Assembly: GCF_009914755.1 (NCBI RefSeq)
Contig: NC_060931.1
Length of the DNA stretch: 64,000 bases
Direction: 5' to 3' (one strand)
Source: the human T2T-CHM13v2.0 reference genome, Homo sapiens
In this document: positions 30,313 to 43,220 of the stretch, piece by piece
How the letters are laid out: each line of letters opens with the position of its first letter
Numbering within the stretch: position 1 is the first letter of the stretch
Program-made: the position numbers and the translations under genes
The notes under the pieces: model-generated
The model's database searches: none
Seen by the model: only the letters and a program-made list of their open reading frames with translations
Told to the model about the DNA's origin: nothing

Positions 30313-31729
30313 AGTTACCATGGACTTTGAGCTTTTCCTGAATGCCATCCATACAATGAGTCTTATGAATTTCCATCTGACACCTTTATGTAATGATAGA
30401 AGTAAATGCATTCTAAAGATGGATTATATCTGTTTCTTCTCAAATAAATTAGTTGGTAACTGTGATAAGTGGCTGGGATGGTAAGGAGAAACAAGAGCTG
30501 AACCTATGGAAGAGTGAAAATGGCATTTTCAATTTTGGGGAGTAATATATGATTTTCTGGAATAGCTTCCATTCCCCCAAGTATCTTCATGAAACAAATC
30601 TATAAGAATGATCCTAGGATTATATGGTTATTAATAATAGATTTTTCAAAGTGCTCCATGTCCTCTTCCACTCACAGGAGATAGTTCCTATTCAGGACAC
30701 ACACCCAGTGCTTGCAGATCCATACTGCTAGACTACGTGAAGGAGGAAGAAAGATGTTTGCAAAGGAGCCAAGGGGGAAAGCAGGTTGCCTGCACCAAGA
30801 TCGGACTGTCTTTTGTGTTCTTTGATAACTCTGAGATTTTCCTTTCCTATTCCTTTCTTCCCATCTATTAATGAGCATGAACTACATCCTGGCCTTTAAT
30901 CACTGATATCATTTCATATATACTTTTTCATTATCCTCATCTCTCCTTTGCTTCTATGAACATCTGTTTCCCAGACCTCTTGATAATACAGTGTGTACAT
31001 GGCAGCTTTCCCCATCTCTGAGCCACGAAGCTGAATTTCCTATGCACTTTCAAGCATTACATTGAAAATTAAGCTGAATGTACCATATTTTGTTATAATT
31101 ATGGTTTAGAAAAAAAAAATCCTTGTTAATTAGGTATTCAAGAAAGTTATGTGGTCCATATGCTATAGAGGAATTTATAGTCTACAGTAATAAAGTTTGG
31201 TAATAAAGGGATAGTGATGAGTGAAAGGGACAAATGTAAATTAACATCCCCCAAATAAATCAAGCAGTTTAGGAAATTGGGCCATTCATGGAAACCACAT
31301 GCAACTAGTTTTAATTGCCAGTTTTAAAGTGTCTGATTTTAGTTGTTTTAAAAAAATTATTTTTAAAAAACCAAATAGACATGATTTGAGGCTTAATATT
31401 CTGTTATCATTTGAAGGCATAGAGCTGCTATGTTATCATCAAAAATTATTTGTTATAATAAAACATTATTCTGATCATTTTTCATAGAGTCTTTGGCATT
31501 GGGTTGGACAATGATGGAAATTAGTGAGTTTTACTCAGACAAGGTCCCTTCCTTTGAGGAATTTATCCTCCATAATGATCTGCACTTGCCTGAGCAGTGT
31601 TGGGAATGGTCTCTCTTCCTTGGCATGGAAGAGTCCCCTGGGTGATAATGATGATTGACATCAAGTATCAAGGGCTTCCTCTGGGCCAGCTCCTGCACTG
31701 CGCACCTCTGCTTACAGTCCTCAGAGGGA

Positions 31730-32075
31730 GTGTATTACCTAAGATATTTTTTAGTTGTAAGTATGAAAAACATAAACCAGAAATTACGTAAGTGATAAAG
31801 AAACCTCTCTTGTAATAAGAGGTTTAAAGATTGGGCAGCTCCAGGATTGGTAAATTTATCATTTGACACTGTTAAGGACCTGATTCTTACTTTTTGCTCA
31901 GCTATTCTCAGTGTGTGAGTTTCTCTTTGGGCTGGCTCCCTTCAAAGTCACAAGATGACTGCCACAATCTCAGAGTCACATTCCTCATGTCAATCCCCAG
32001 AGGAAGCAGAGGGCAAAAACTTTTCCTGGCATCTCGTTTTCTTTATAGTAGGAAGACTTTTGCAGAAGACTTTCA
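31730..32075 (-). mobile_element. Old MaLR LTR (MLT1J/K-like)
   Basis: TTTTAGTTGTAAGT..AAAAAC..AAAC; CTCCCTTC..GTCACAAGATGACTGCC. Confidence 0.55.
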
Positions 32076-32132
32076 CAATAGGTAAGGAATAGATGTAGAG
32101 TAGGAAACCAACCACATCTACTGTAGATAGAG

Positions 32133-32290
32133 GCTATCATTATCTCCATTTTACAGACAAAGAAACTGAGTCTTGGAATGGTTCATTAATGTGCCCACTG
32201 TCTCTCAGCTAATAAGTGGAAAGCTAGGGTTTGAACCAAGGCATTCAGACTTTACACGTGTTCTCATCCACTGCACAAACCACTTGGCTA
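32133..32290 (-). mobile_element. MIR
   Basis: ATTATCTCCATTTTACAGACAAAGAAACTGAG..CAGCTAATAAGTGG..GGGTTTGAACC. Confidence 0.8.
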
Positions 32291-32410
32291 TGGCAAACAC
32301 ATGCCTACCTCTTAATAGGACCCTGGAGTCAGTTGAAGTGAAAGAAATGGGTAAAAATTTTCTTCAATTTTTATCTTTCTTCTTTCCCTTAGAAGTGCCT
32401 CTTTTTCTTT

Positions 32411-32643
32411 TTCTTTCTTTCTTTTCCTTTTTTGTTTTGTTTTTGTTTTTTGAGAGTCTTGCTCTGTTGCCAAAGCTGGAGTTTAATGACGCAATCTTGG
32501 CTTACTGCAACCTGCGCCTCCCAGGTTCAAGTGATTGTCCTGCCTCAGCCTCCCGAATAGCTGGGTGGCCAGCCACCACGCCCAGCTAATTTTTGTATTT
32601 TTAGTAGAGGCGGGATTGCACCATGTTGGCCAGGCTGGTCTTG
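32411..32643 (-). mobile_element. 5'-truncated AluS
   Basis: Alu body ends at GGCCAGGCTGGTCTTG; ~20-bp TSD AG(A/G)AGTGC(C/T)TCTTTTTCTTT. Confidence 0.9.
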
Positions 32644-32669
32644 AGGAGTGCTTCTTTTTCTTTCCAAAG

Positions 32670-33450
<781 letters not shown>

Positions 33451-33503
33451 TTTGTGTACTACTAAGGAGTGCTTGCATGTCTAAATTAAGTATGGAAGGA
33501 AGG

Positions 33504-33949
33504 CGTGATGGTTAATACTGAGTGTCCACTTGATTGGATTGAAGGATGCAAAGTATTGATCCTGGGTGCATCTGTGAGGGTGTTGCCAAAGGAGATTAAC
33601 ATTGAGTCAGTGGGCTGGGAAAGGCAGACCCACCCTTAATCTGGGTGGACACCATCTAATCAGCTGCCAGCGCAGCCAGGATATAAAACAGCCAGGAAAA
33701 CATGAAAAGGTTAGATTGGCCTAGCCTCCCAGCCTATGTCTTTCTCCTATGCTGATGCTTCCTGCTCTCGAATATCAGACTCCAGGTTTTTCAGTTTTGG
33801 GACTCAAACTGGCTCTCCTTGCTCCTCAGCTTGCAGACGGCGTATTGTGGGACTTTGTGATCATGTGAGTTAATGCTTAATAAACTCCCCTCTATATGTA
33901 TCTGTCTATACTATTAGTTCTGTCCCTCCAGAGAACCCTGACTAATACA
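33504..33949 (+). mobile_element. MLT2A (MLT2A1/A2) HERV-L solo LTR
   Basis: GTGATGGTTAATACTGAGTGTC..CTTGATTGGATTGAAGGATGCAAAGTATTGATCCTGG..GAGAACCCTGACTAATACA; TSD GAAGG/AAAGG. Confidence 0.92.
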
Positions 33950-34002
33950 AAAGGTTACAACCTAATTCAAGCTCCCACGTCACTGCAGTGCCAGGGCCCT
34001 CC

Positions 34003-34417
34003 CTGTGCCAGACTCTGTTGGTTGACTCATCAACCCTTCCCTCCTTTGCCCACATCCCAGAGACTTAAGAACCCAGATGCTTGTTTTCCCAGCCATTTGG
34101 CAAGGGGTAGCCATGTGACTCAGTGTGGCTGCAGGCTTCTGGGAGAGAGTTTAACTTGTTGATAATGGGAGAAGCTCACTAGGAGGCTGTGTAAGAAGCT
34201 GACATCTGGACCCATCTTTTAACCGTGAAGTCACAGACGTAAGGATGAATGCCTGCATGGAGCAAAAGGATGGAAAGAGCCTGGGTTTCAGATGACAGCA
34301 TTCCTCTAAACCAATGGGGCCTAGCCACCCCCGCATGGCTTGTTAAGCAAGCAGTAAATGTGCCTCTGGTTTAAGCCACTGTTGGTTATGTCTTCCGTTG
34401 CAGCAGAAAACATCCCT
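34003..34417 (+). mobile_element. Old MaLR LTR (MLT1H/I/J-like)
   Basis: TTCCCAGCC..GGGGTAGCCATGTGACTCAG and GTTTAAGCCACTGTTGGTT..GTTGCAGC..AAAACATCCCT. Confidence 0.7.
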
Positions 34418-35069
34418 AGGAAAGTCACATGCATTAATGCAAGTGACTTGCAATTTTCTATTTCATTTTGACTGTGTATGCACTGCCTGGATTCTTCAAG
34501 CAAGAGAAGGACATTTCTATAGTGCATCTGTTATGGTGACAGGTTACAAGACAGAGCTCTGTGAAGCTCCTGCTCCCTTTGGGATGAAAGCGTGCATGTG
34601 CAGCACCTGCTCTGGACAGGACAGAGGAGGTCTGGTGGATTCCTTCAGCCGTGGCTCAGTTTCTTTCTGCTGACCCTTGGCATGGCATGAAACAAAGTCC
34701 ATTTGGCCTGTGATTTCATCTGAGACACCCGCAGTCATAGTAGAGAGAATCATGAAATTTTTTTATTACATGATTTCTTAAAATCATAATAAGACTTTAT
34801 GTTTGGAGAAAAATATTACAACATACTTTTCCTTCAAGCAATTTATGTTAATAGAAGAGTGTCCTAAAGAAAAGATTAAACACAGCAGTGGAGCCTGTTA
34901 TATTTTTCTCAGACAGACACAGCCCTTTTATTGAAATTCTAATGAAATATATACCCATAAAAATGCTCCCCCTGCCACCACTTAAATGGTATTCGCATGT
35001 ACAGCATACCCATGCCAACAGCCACTGATTAACATGTCATCTGAGGTCTGCCATCACCTGACAGGATAA

Positions 35070-35560
35070 AGCTAATCCGAATCGACTACCTGCCGCATTT
35101 TTATGACACGCAGCTATTGAAAAGTACAGGAATAATTAACTGGAAATGTAATAAGAGGAGGCTCTCTCTGAGCTCGGGGCTGTCACAGAGCGTAACACCT
35201 GATATGGCTTCCCTGAGTGCCAGGCCCACTGCAATAACACTTTTTAATGCTACTTTCTGAAGAAACGAGTGACTCAAGTCGTCCATCAGGGCAATTCGTT
35301 GTGAGGAGAGCATGACAGCTGTGGCAGGTATAAAACAGAGGTGCCTTGTTCCACTGAGTGACACTAATTACGGGTAAGAGCTTTGTAAACACGCCTCTCT
35401 GTTCGGAAGAAGTGAACAACATAGAGTAAAGCACCAGCATAACCAAAATGACGTCTATAAATAAATAGGAAAGAACGGCACTTTTCTAATTGAATGCAGA
35501 TAGGTAAATAAATCAGGGGGCACTTAAGCCCATTTTAGATACAATGAGTCATTTTCTACT
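35070..35560. promoter_or_regulatory. Candidate enhancer/promoter (CpG-enriched; AP-1, TATA, forkhead, CRE/MEF2)
   Basis: 14 CpGs in ~400 bp; TGACTCA 35270, TATAAAA 35329, TGTAAACA 35384, TGACGTCT 35449, CTATAAATAA 35455, TGAGTCA 35545. Confidence 0.45.
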
Positions 35561-36099
35561 CTCCGACAAAGTGAATGGCAATTGGCTCTTGGAGTTTACC
35601 CAGATGTAGCATGCTGGAAAGAAGGATTTCCACTTCCACAGCTGCTATCTCAATGAAGTGGGTATGTATTTGTATTATAACACACAGATGTGTGTGCATA
35701 CATGGGTTTGTGTGAAACACCCTCTCTACTTAGCAATAGGTTTTATTTTTACAACGTCGTTTTAGGCAATGGTTTGGTACTCTGAATGCATTTAACTAGA
35801 GGTGAAGTGATACATGTGTTGATCCTTTACCCAGGCTGGCCCACAGATATAAACCCACGGGCAGACCGATCAATAGGCTTTTGGGGGCGAACGTGATAAC
35901 CTACCCTCACCTGTTGTCTTGGTTAGCATTGCATTCAGCTACAAGTGAGATAAAACCCAAAGGAATCACTTGAATAAGTTCCTTTATGTGTCATGTAAAA
36001 GTACAGGTAGATGGCCTAGGGCTGCTGTGGTACTCCTGGGGCAGGGAGACAGGCTGCCCCTGGTGTGTGGCTTTGCTACACGGAGTGCTGTGTTTCGGC

Positions 36100-36317
36100 C
36101 ACAGGATGAGAATTGACAAAGGGCACACACACACTGTTTCTTAATTAGGTTTCTGGATGCTGCCACATGGCACTTGTCGTCAGCCGGAGCTAAGTCACAT
36201 GGCCGTCTGTGGCTGCAAGGGAACTGACAGTGTGTCTCCTTTCCTGGGGGTTAACAGTGTTATCACCATAAAGAAGGGCAACATGGACACTGGGAAACAA
36301 CCAGCAACTCTACCACA
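36100..36317 (-). mobile_element. Old MaLR LTR fragment
   Basis: AGTCACATGGCC..GCTGCAAGGGAACTG..ATGGACACTGGG..CAACCAGCA..CTCTACCACA. Confidence 0.6.
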
Positions 36318-38754
36318 CGTGATTATATAGCGGAGGAAGCTGTTCTGTAACAAGTAATAAGACAAAAATGCCAAGGGCCCTGGCACACACTCACTTTCCT
36401 CTTTCTTTTTTCCCTGCATCCCTCGCTAAAGCCACAGAAGGAGTTACCTGGTGTGGGTCAAGAAACAAATGCTAAATTGAAGAATATTTCCCACTCTCCA
36501 GAGAGAGTTAAGGGAAGGCTGTGTTGCTGGCTTCTTAAATCTCACCTTGCTGATGTCCAAATTCTACAGCACATCTTTCTTCAGCATGGATCTAGATTCT
36601 TATTTGAAAAGCAGCTTCCTCTGGGAATAACTTTCAATGTCCATCAGATTTTTACATTTTCATTTGAAAGGGTTTCTGAGTTTCCTTTCTTTTCTTGCAA
36701 GCAGACGTCTTTACTGGGAGAAAATCAGGTTGGACCTGCCCATATAACTTGTTGAAGATGAAGGGAGGTATAGTAAATTTGGTATTTAAGTGTTTGTATG
36801 ATTTATTTAGGATTTTGCTGTTTGCAGTCATTGGATAAGAATTCTATTAATCTGGATTTTTTTAAAGAAAAATTTTTTTCGTGGGTCTTTTTTCACTTAA
36901 GCAATGAAGAAAAAGAAAATAAAATTACTCTCAATCCTTCTTTTCCTTTTCCTGCTAGGCTTTTATCTCTCTGCTTTAGAGATGCGTGACTTCGTGTGCA
37001 TGGATGTATGTCACTTAGCACATGCTCCTGGGGAACACGGAGTATATGCATTGGAGTTCTTCAATGTACAAGAACTAAGTAAATACAGTATTGTGCCAGA
37101 AGTTAACTGTGGAGGCAAATGCTTGGAATAGCATTTAGTACCACTCTACACAAGTCAGAGCTTTTATTAAGGAATTCTTGGAAGTGGCTGTGGTTCATGA
37201 AAGAAAGGAAAGATCTTTAAAGTGAAAGGAAAGGGTATTTTGGGGTGTTATGGGTGGTGTAAGGTGGGTGGGGGCAGAATTTAAACTCATATCATTGGAT
37301 TTAGTATGTGCTTATTGATAGCAGAGGAAGAGGCCAGTGTGGAAAAAAGAGCCCGAGTTTTGGGGGTTCTACAGTGAAGGAGCTGGTAGCCTTCACTAAG
37401 CACCTACTGTATGTCATGCATTGTCTGAGGCATCTTGCATACACACTTTTTTTCAGTCTGCACAACAACTGAAGTCCAAAAGAAATGAAGGACCATGGTC
37501 AAGGTCATGTCCTCTGACAATCAGAACGGGGGCTTAAATATGCTCCGCTGACCTCACAGGCTCTGTCTACCTTATCATAAACACTGGGTTAAAACATAAG
37601 GAGAAGAGCTGCTAAGCTGGTTTAACTGGGGACTCCTGCTCACACGACTCTCAGATCTCCCACTGTCCCACCTGTGGACCCCAACCATCACACATTCCCC
37701 AGCTGAGGCAGCTGCTGTGTCTCTGGGACTTGACACGGCCACTTGTGGCTGGAGAGACCACTGATGGTGTGCGGTCAGCATCAGGACCATTAGTGGTTCT
37801 TGGATATCACTGTTGGTCACCACTTATTAGCAGATGGGACAGGCCGGGAGCTCTGGTGGTTAACCAAAGCATGTTGTTTTCTTTTTAGACTTTGCCTTGA
37901 TTGCCAATTAGCCAGAACTTTTGTTTTGCTTTTAAGTCACGAACATCCCAGCTGTCGAAGTCTTTCTTTCCCCAGCATCTGCAGCCGTCCTGCCTGGGGC
38001 CATGAGCTCATCTGATCTCTTACTCCAAGCTGCCTTACATTTGACCTGGTCTTGGCCATGACACTGTCAATGAAAGACCAAGTGGTAAAGTGGTATTTGT
38101 GAGTCAGTCCTCCCTCTGAGTCAGAAATGAAACAATGCCTCAGCATGTTAGAGGGAATATAGAGCCATCCTGAGATGAAGCCTGAAGGATTCTTCCCCCT
38201 TAGTTCTTTGAGGTGCAAAGTGACTTGGTATACGTATTGGGGAGTTGTTAATAGGGGTGAGGAGAACCCCTCAGGGCAGCCAGATGCATTCTCATTTTTC
38301 CTTCTTTCTTTTCCCCTCTCCTTTCTTTTCTTCTTTCTGACTTTTTACTTCTTTCAAAATATAGGAGCTAATCATTCAGGAGAATTTGTTTCTCTTTAAT
38401 ATTTTGATCAATGAATTTATTCCCAATTTAAATTCTGTCATTTGTAAAACTGTGGTAGGTGGAAAAAACACTGGATAGGGTGGGAAAGAAGGAAGAAAAA
38501 AATCCCAAACCCAAAACGAAACAAACAAACAAAAACCCAAAAAAGCGAATACACACACAAAACAAATAAAAAAAAAAAAGCTTTAAGTACTGGCTGGATA
38601 AAGAGATAGTTGAGATATGTTAAGCAAATCACAATCTCTTTGAAGCTGCATTTCCTCAAAAGAAATATGAAGACAGCCAAACTTGTCTTACCTCCCCTAT
38701 AAGAGCGTTGTCAGAGACACTAATGAAATAATCTGTGTGAAAGTACTTTGTAAA

Positions 38755-40098
38755 TCCGTGCATTTACGGCCAACTGATTTTTGACAAAGATACCAAGAAC
38801 ACACAATGGGGAAAGGACAGTCTGTTCAATAAAGGGTGTTGAGGAAACTGGATATCCATGTACAGAAGAACGAAATTGAACTCTTATTTCATACCATATA
38901 CAAACATCAGCTCATGATCATTTAAATACTTGAACATCATACCTGAAACTGTAAAACTACTAGAAGAAAACATAGCAGGGAAAACCACACAACACTGGTC
39001 TAGGCAATGATCGTTTGCATTGGACCTCAAAAGCTCAGGCAATGAAAGCAAAAATAGATAAATAGGATTACATCAAACTTAAAAAGCTTCTGTACATCAA
39101 AGAAAACAATCGACAGAGTAAAGAGACAATATACAAATTAGAAAAAATATACTGGTAAGGCACATATCTGATAAGGAGTTAACATCCAAAATATATAAGG
39201 AACTCAAACAACTCAATAGCAAGGAAACAAATAACCTGATTTAAAAAATAGGCAAAGGCCCTGAAGGGACATTTCTCTAAACATGACATACAAATAGCCA
39301 ACAGATATATGAAAAAATGCTCAACATCACTAATCATCAGGGAAACACGAATTAAAGCCACCATGAGGTATCATCTCATACCGGTCAGAATGACTATTCT
39401 CAAAAGATGAAAGATAATAAGAGTTGGTGAGAATGTGGAGAGGGAACAGTTGTGCACTGTTGGTGGGAATGGAAATGGGTACAACCACTGTGAAAAACCA
39501 TATGGAGATTCCTCAAAAAGCTAAGAATAGAATTACCACATGGTCCACAATCTACTTCTGGTTATATATCTAAACAATTGGAAATCAGTATGTTGAAGAG
39601 ATATTGGCATTTCCATGTTTTTGTAGCATTATTCACAATATCCAAGTTATACAATCAACCTAAGTTTACATCAGTGAATGAATAGATTAAAAAATAGGGT
39701 ATCTATCCACAATGGAATGTTATTCAGCCTTTAAAAAGAAATTCTGTCATTTTCAACAACATGGATGAACCTGGAGGACATTATGGTAAGTGAAATAAGC
39801 CAGGCACAGAAAGACAAATACTACATGTTTTAGATTCACTTATATGTTGAATCTAAAACAGTCAGACTCACAGAAGCAGAGAGTACTGTGGTGGTTACGA
39901 AAGGCAGAGAGTGGGGGAAATAGGGAGATGTGGTCAAAGGGTACAATATTTCAGTTAGACTGGAGGAATAAATGGAATTTGAGGTAATAGATAAGCTAAT
40001 TAACTTGATCCAATCATTCCACATTGTATACATATAATATCACTTTGTGCCCCATAAATATATATAATTTTTCAATATGTAATAACACTTAAAAAATA
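38755..40098 (+). mobile_element. 5'-truncated L1MA (L1MA5-8 type)
   Basis: ORF2 C-terminal region (CAACTGATTTTTGACAAAG, CTCAACATCACTAATCATCAGGGAA) plus 3' UTR; degenerate TSD GAAAGTACTTTGTAAA/GAAAGTGCCTTATAAA within a MIR. Confidence 0.88.
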
Positions 40099-40218
40099 GA
40101 AAGTGCCTTATAAAACGTGTAGTCTGTCACAAGCATAGTTAGCAGTTTGTGTTCTGGGTTGGTACTGGTCTGGGAGCAATCATTCCTAGTGGTGTGTGAT
40201 GGGAAAAATAGTTTTTGT

Positions 40219-40437
40219 CAGTGATTCTCCACTGGGGGAAGCTTTGTTTGACCCCAGGGATATTGGCAATGTCTACAGACATTTTTAGTTGTAACCACTG
40301 AGGGGCAGGGTGCTACCAGCATCTAGTAGATAGGGGCCAGGGATGCTGCTGAACATCCTGTAATGCACAGAACAGCCCTCCACAACAAAAAATTATCTGA
40401 CCCCCAATGTCAACAGTCCTGAGGCTAAACACCTCTG
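40219..40437 (+). mobile_element. MER20 hAT-Charlie
   Basis: CAGTGATTCTC..TTGGCAATGTCTACAGACATTTTTAGTTGT..GGCCAGGGATGCTGCTGAACATCCTGTAATGCACAG. Confidence 0.88.
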
Positions 40438-40689
40438 ATTTATTTTAATAAACCTCAGCTAAAAAAAAACTTACTGTAGGACAGAAATAACTGTAATAAT
40501 AAGATTACTTATTGCACGGAGGTTGAATAAAGCAGCGCAACTAACTCATAGCTCAGTGCCTGGCATATGTTGCGTTCATAGCCTATTTCATGCTCAGTGT
40601 TCCCGTTATGGCTCTTTCTAGAATCCTTCCTACATATTTGCAGTCCTTCATCATCAACCCTTCCTAATTTTACATGAGTCAATGTTCAT

Positions 40690-41114
40690 ATTGCTTTGGC
40701 TGCCTACACACCAGTTTTCTTTTTGAGAATTTCTTCCCTCCAATCATTGTGAGGCCTTGGTGGCAACATAAATCCAGATGCCTCTCTAAGGAAGCAAAAG
40801 AGGCCACATCCTTTTCCCTGCCCCAGCCCAGCTAGGTGGTGGGCATATGACCTGACATTGGCCAAATAATTTCTTCCAGGGTGTTGACTCTTGAGTGGAA
40901 GAAGTGATAAAAACATGCAGCAGTTTGCTGACCTCAGGGTTCCTGCTTGAGTTTATTCCTCTGGGGCCTGCTTTCAAACTCCATAGAGCCTCTTGGTTCC
41001 TGTCTTTTTCAGGGCCTCTTTTCAGCCTCCTGCGGACTCAGCAGGGCTCCCACAGCATTCAATACATTTCCAGAGTTTGTTCTGTTGCTTGCAGCCAAAA
41101 CTCTTGACTGATCA
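40690..41114 (+). mobile_element. Old MaLR LTR (MLT1J-like)
   Basis: GGTGGGCATATGACCT..GGCCAA and CAGAGTTTGTTCTGTTGCTTGCAGCCAAAA..CTTGACTGAT. Confidence 0.6.
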
Positions 41115-42189
41115 CTTGCCCACCAATGACCCAATGCATAGAACAATAGCACTCTGTATTGTGTCTTTTGGTAGAGGGGGTGGGGATGGAGGCATGGATT
41201 TGTAGCCTAACAAAACAGCAAAGAGCTTCTAATTGTAATTTTCCCACTAGCACTGCAGGAATATTAAGTTCTAAGTTCTTTATTGAAGTAAAAGTTGAAT
41301 CTTCTTCCTCCAGCCAGGTCCTTATCAATAAACATAAATTAGCAAAGTGTTTTAGCTCTTCCCTTGTGGTGAACCCTTTACATTTGGCTAATAGAATTGG
41401 GCAACAATATGACTTAAAATATTGATTTAAGCAAATTCTCAGAAGTACATAGTATACTTATTGTAAAATATACATTTGAAGCTATCTTTTTTCATCCCAT
41501 TTTACCTTTAGTGTTTGCCAAACCCTATTTTAATATCTGTATAGAATGGAAACTTACATTTTGTGTCCATCTGGGAATAGTCCAGCCAAGCAATGGCACT
41601 GGCTAGTGATAAGCACAAAAAAGAGAAATTAACAAATTAATTAATACTTATTTTTAATTTAGGTTGTTTCTCTGGACCTGAAGTATGACTGTTAGAAAAA
41701 GAAAAATCTGATAAGCTTCACTTCCTGTTTTGAAAAAAATAGTAAGAAATCACATGTGTTTAGTGGCTTAAAATATTTTAGTCATTTTTAAGTTTGCAAA
41801 ATAGATTGTGCATATGCCTTTTCTCTTTATAAATATATACCTGTGAAACTCAAGTGCATGAGAGATTTAAACAGCTTTTATTTTTCAAAGGCACGAAAGA
41901 CAATATTTGGAACAGAAATAAGAAATAGAATTGCAATTCTTGATTTTGTCACTAATTCTCAATAGATAACACTAGCAGTTTTCCAAGTTTAGATTGAATT
42001 GTATGAGCTGTAATTAATAGGTATTTGTAAAATCAAATTATGTGTTTATACATGCCTGTAGCAGTAGTTACCATCCTCATCGTCCTTGGGTAGAGGTACA
42101 CACACATGAAAATTGGATAAACAAGCTTAGCAAATATTTTTAAATAAAATCATTAAGTCTCTGATGAAGCTGGTTAAAAGTTTGACACC

Positions 42190-42310
42190 CCTGAGGCTCA
42201 GTTTTCTCATCTGGAAAGTGGGAATGATAATAGTAATTATTCTAGCTGGTTGTTTTTATGACTAAATGAGACCATGTGTGCACAGGGTTTTAAATGTATT
42301 TGAAGGGCTA
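42190..42310 (+). mobile_element. MIR fragment
   Basis: CTCAGTTTTCTCATCTGGAAAGTGGGAATGATAATAGTA..TAAATGAGA. Confidence 0.7.
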
Positions 42311-43059
42311 TGTTATGGGGAAGGATTTTATAATATCTAACACTAGGGGGAGAAAGCATTTTCTAAGTTAAGATTGTGCTAAGTATAAGCTCAACTAAGC
42401 ACTAGAAGCAGCCATTGTGTATCACTTTGGGTCCATTTAAAAAAGGAAAGAATTATGGATGACATTAGTAGAGCAGCCAAATATTTCAGGAGGATATTTA
42501 TGACTGGAGAGAGTTTGGTCATCTCATTATTAGTGACATCCTGGGGACAACTAACTCTCTTCACTTTTCTTCCCCTGTCTTTCCCTAACATGGCAACACG
42601 AAGCAGGTGTTCTTGGTCCTGACCCATGAAGAAGGCAAGCACATAATTTTCCTTTGATCGGGCTAAATGCAAGCAAAGGAAATTGGCTAGGATGACCTAA
42701 TTTTGGGATGCTGACCCTGAATGGAGTGTGACTGCTGCTTCAGGACTGAGCCTCATGGCTGTGAATGTGGCTGTGAATGTATCTTCCCTTGTCAACCTGC
42801 TGCCTTCTTGTCCATTCTTCGAAGACCATCTCAAGCAGCCTCTCTTCCATGTAGTCTTTCCTGATCTTCTAATTAGCTTTGATCTCATCCACCGAGAATG
42901 GGTTTGAACTTCCTTACAGAACTTACTGTGGGTCTGAATCCCTTACTAGATAATAAACACCTTGAGGGTGAGAACTACATCATACTCATTTTTGTATCCT
43001 CCTTATTCACAGTACAGTGCCCCACATAGAGTAGCACTGTGCCATTGAAGAAGAAGGAT

Positions 43060-43220
43060 AGATTTTTGGAGGGCAGCAGAGCTGAGCTCGAATCTTGGCT
43101 TCCCATTACCTAGCTAGGGGACTCCAGAATGCTACTTAATCTCTCTGAAACCCTTTGTTCTCATCTGTGAAATGGAGAGAATAATACCAGAATTTGAGGG
43201 GAGAATTGTCATTGGTCTCA
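43060..43220 (+). mobile_element. MIR fragment
   Basis: CGAATCTTGGCT..CTACTTAATCTCTCTGA..CTCATCTGTGAAATGGAGAGAATAA. Confidence 0.7.
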
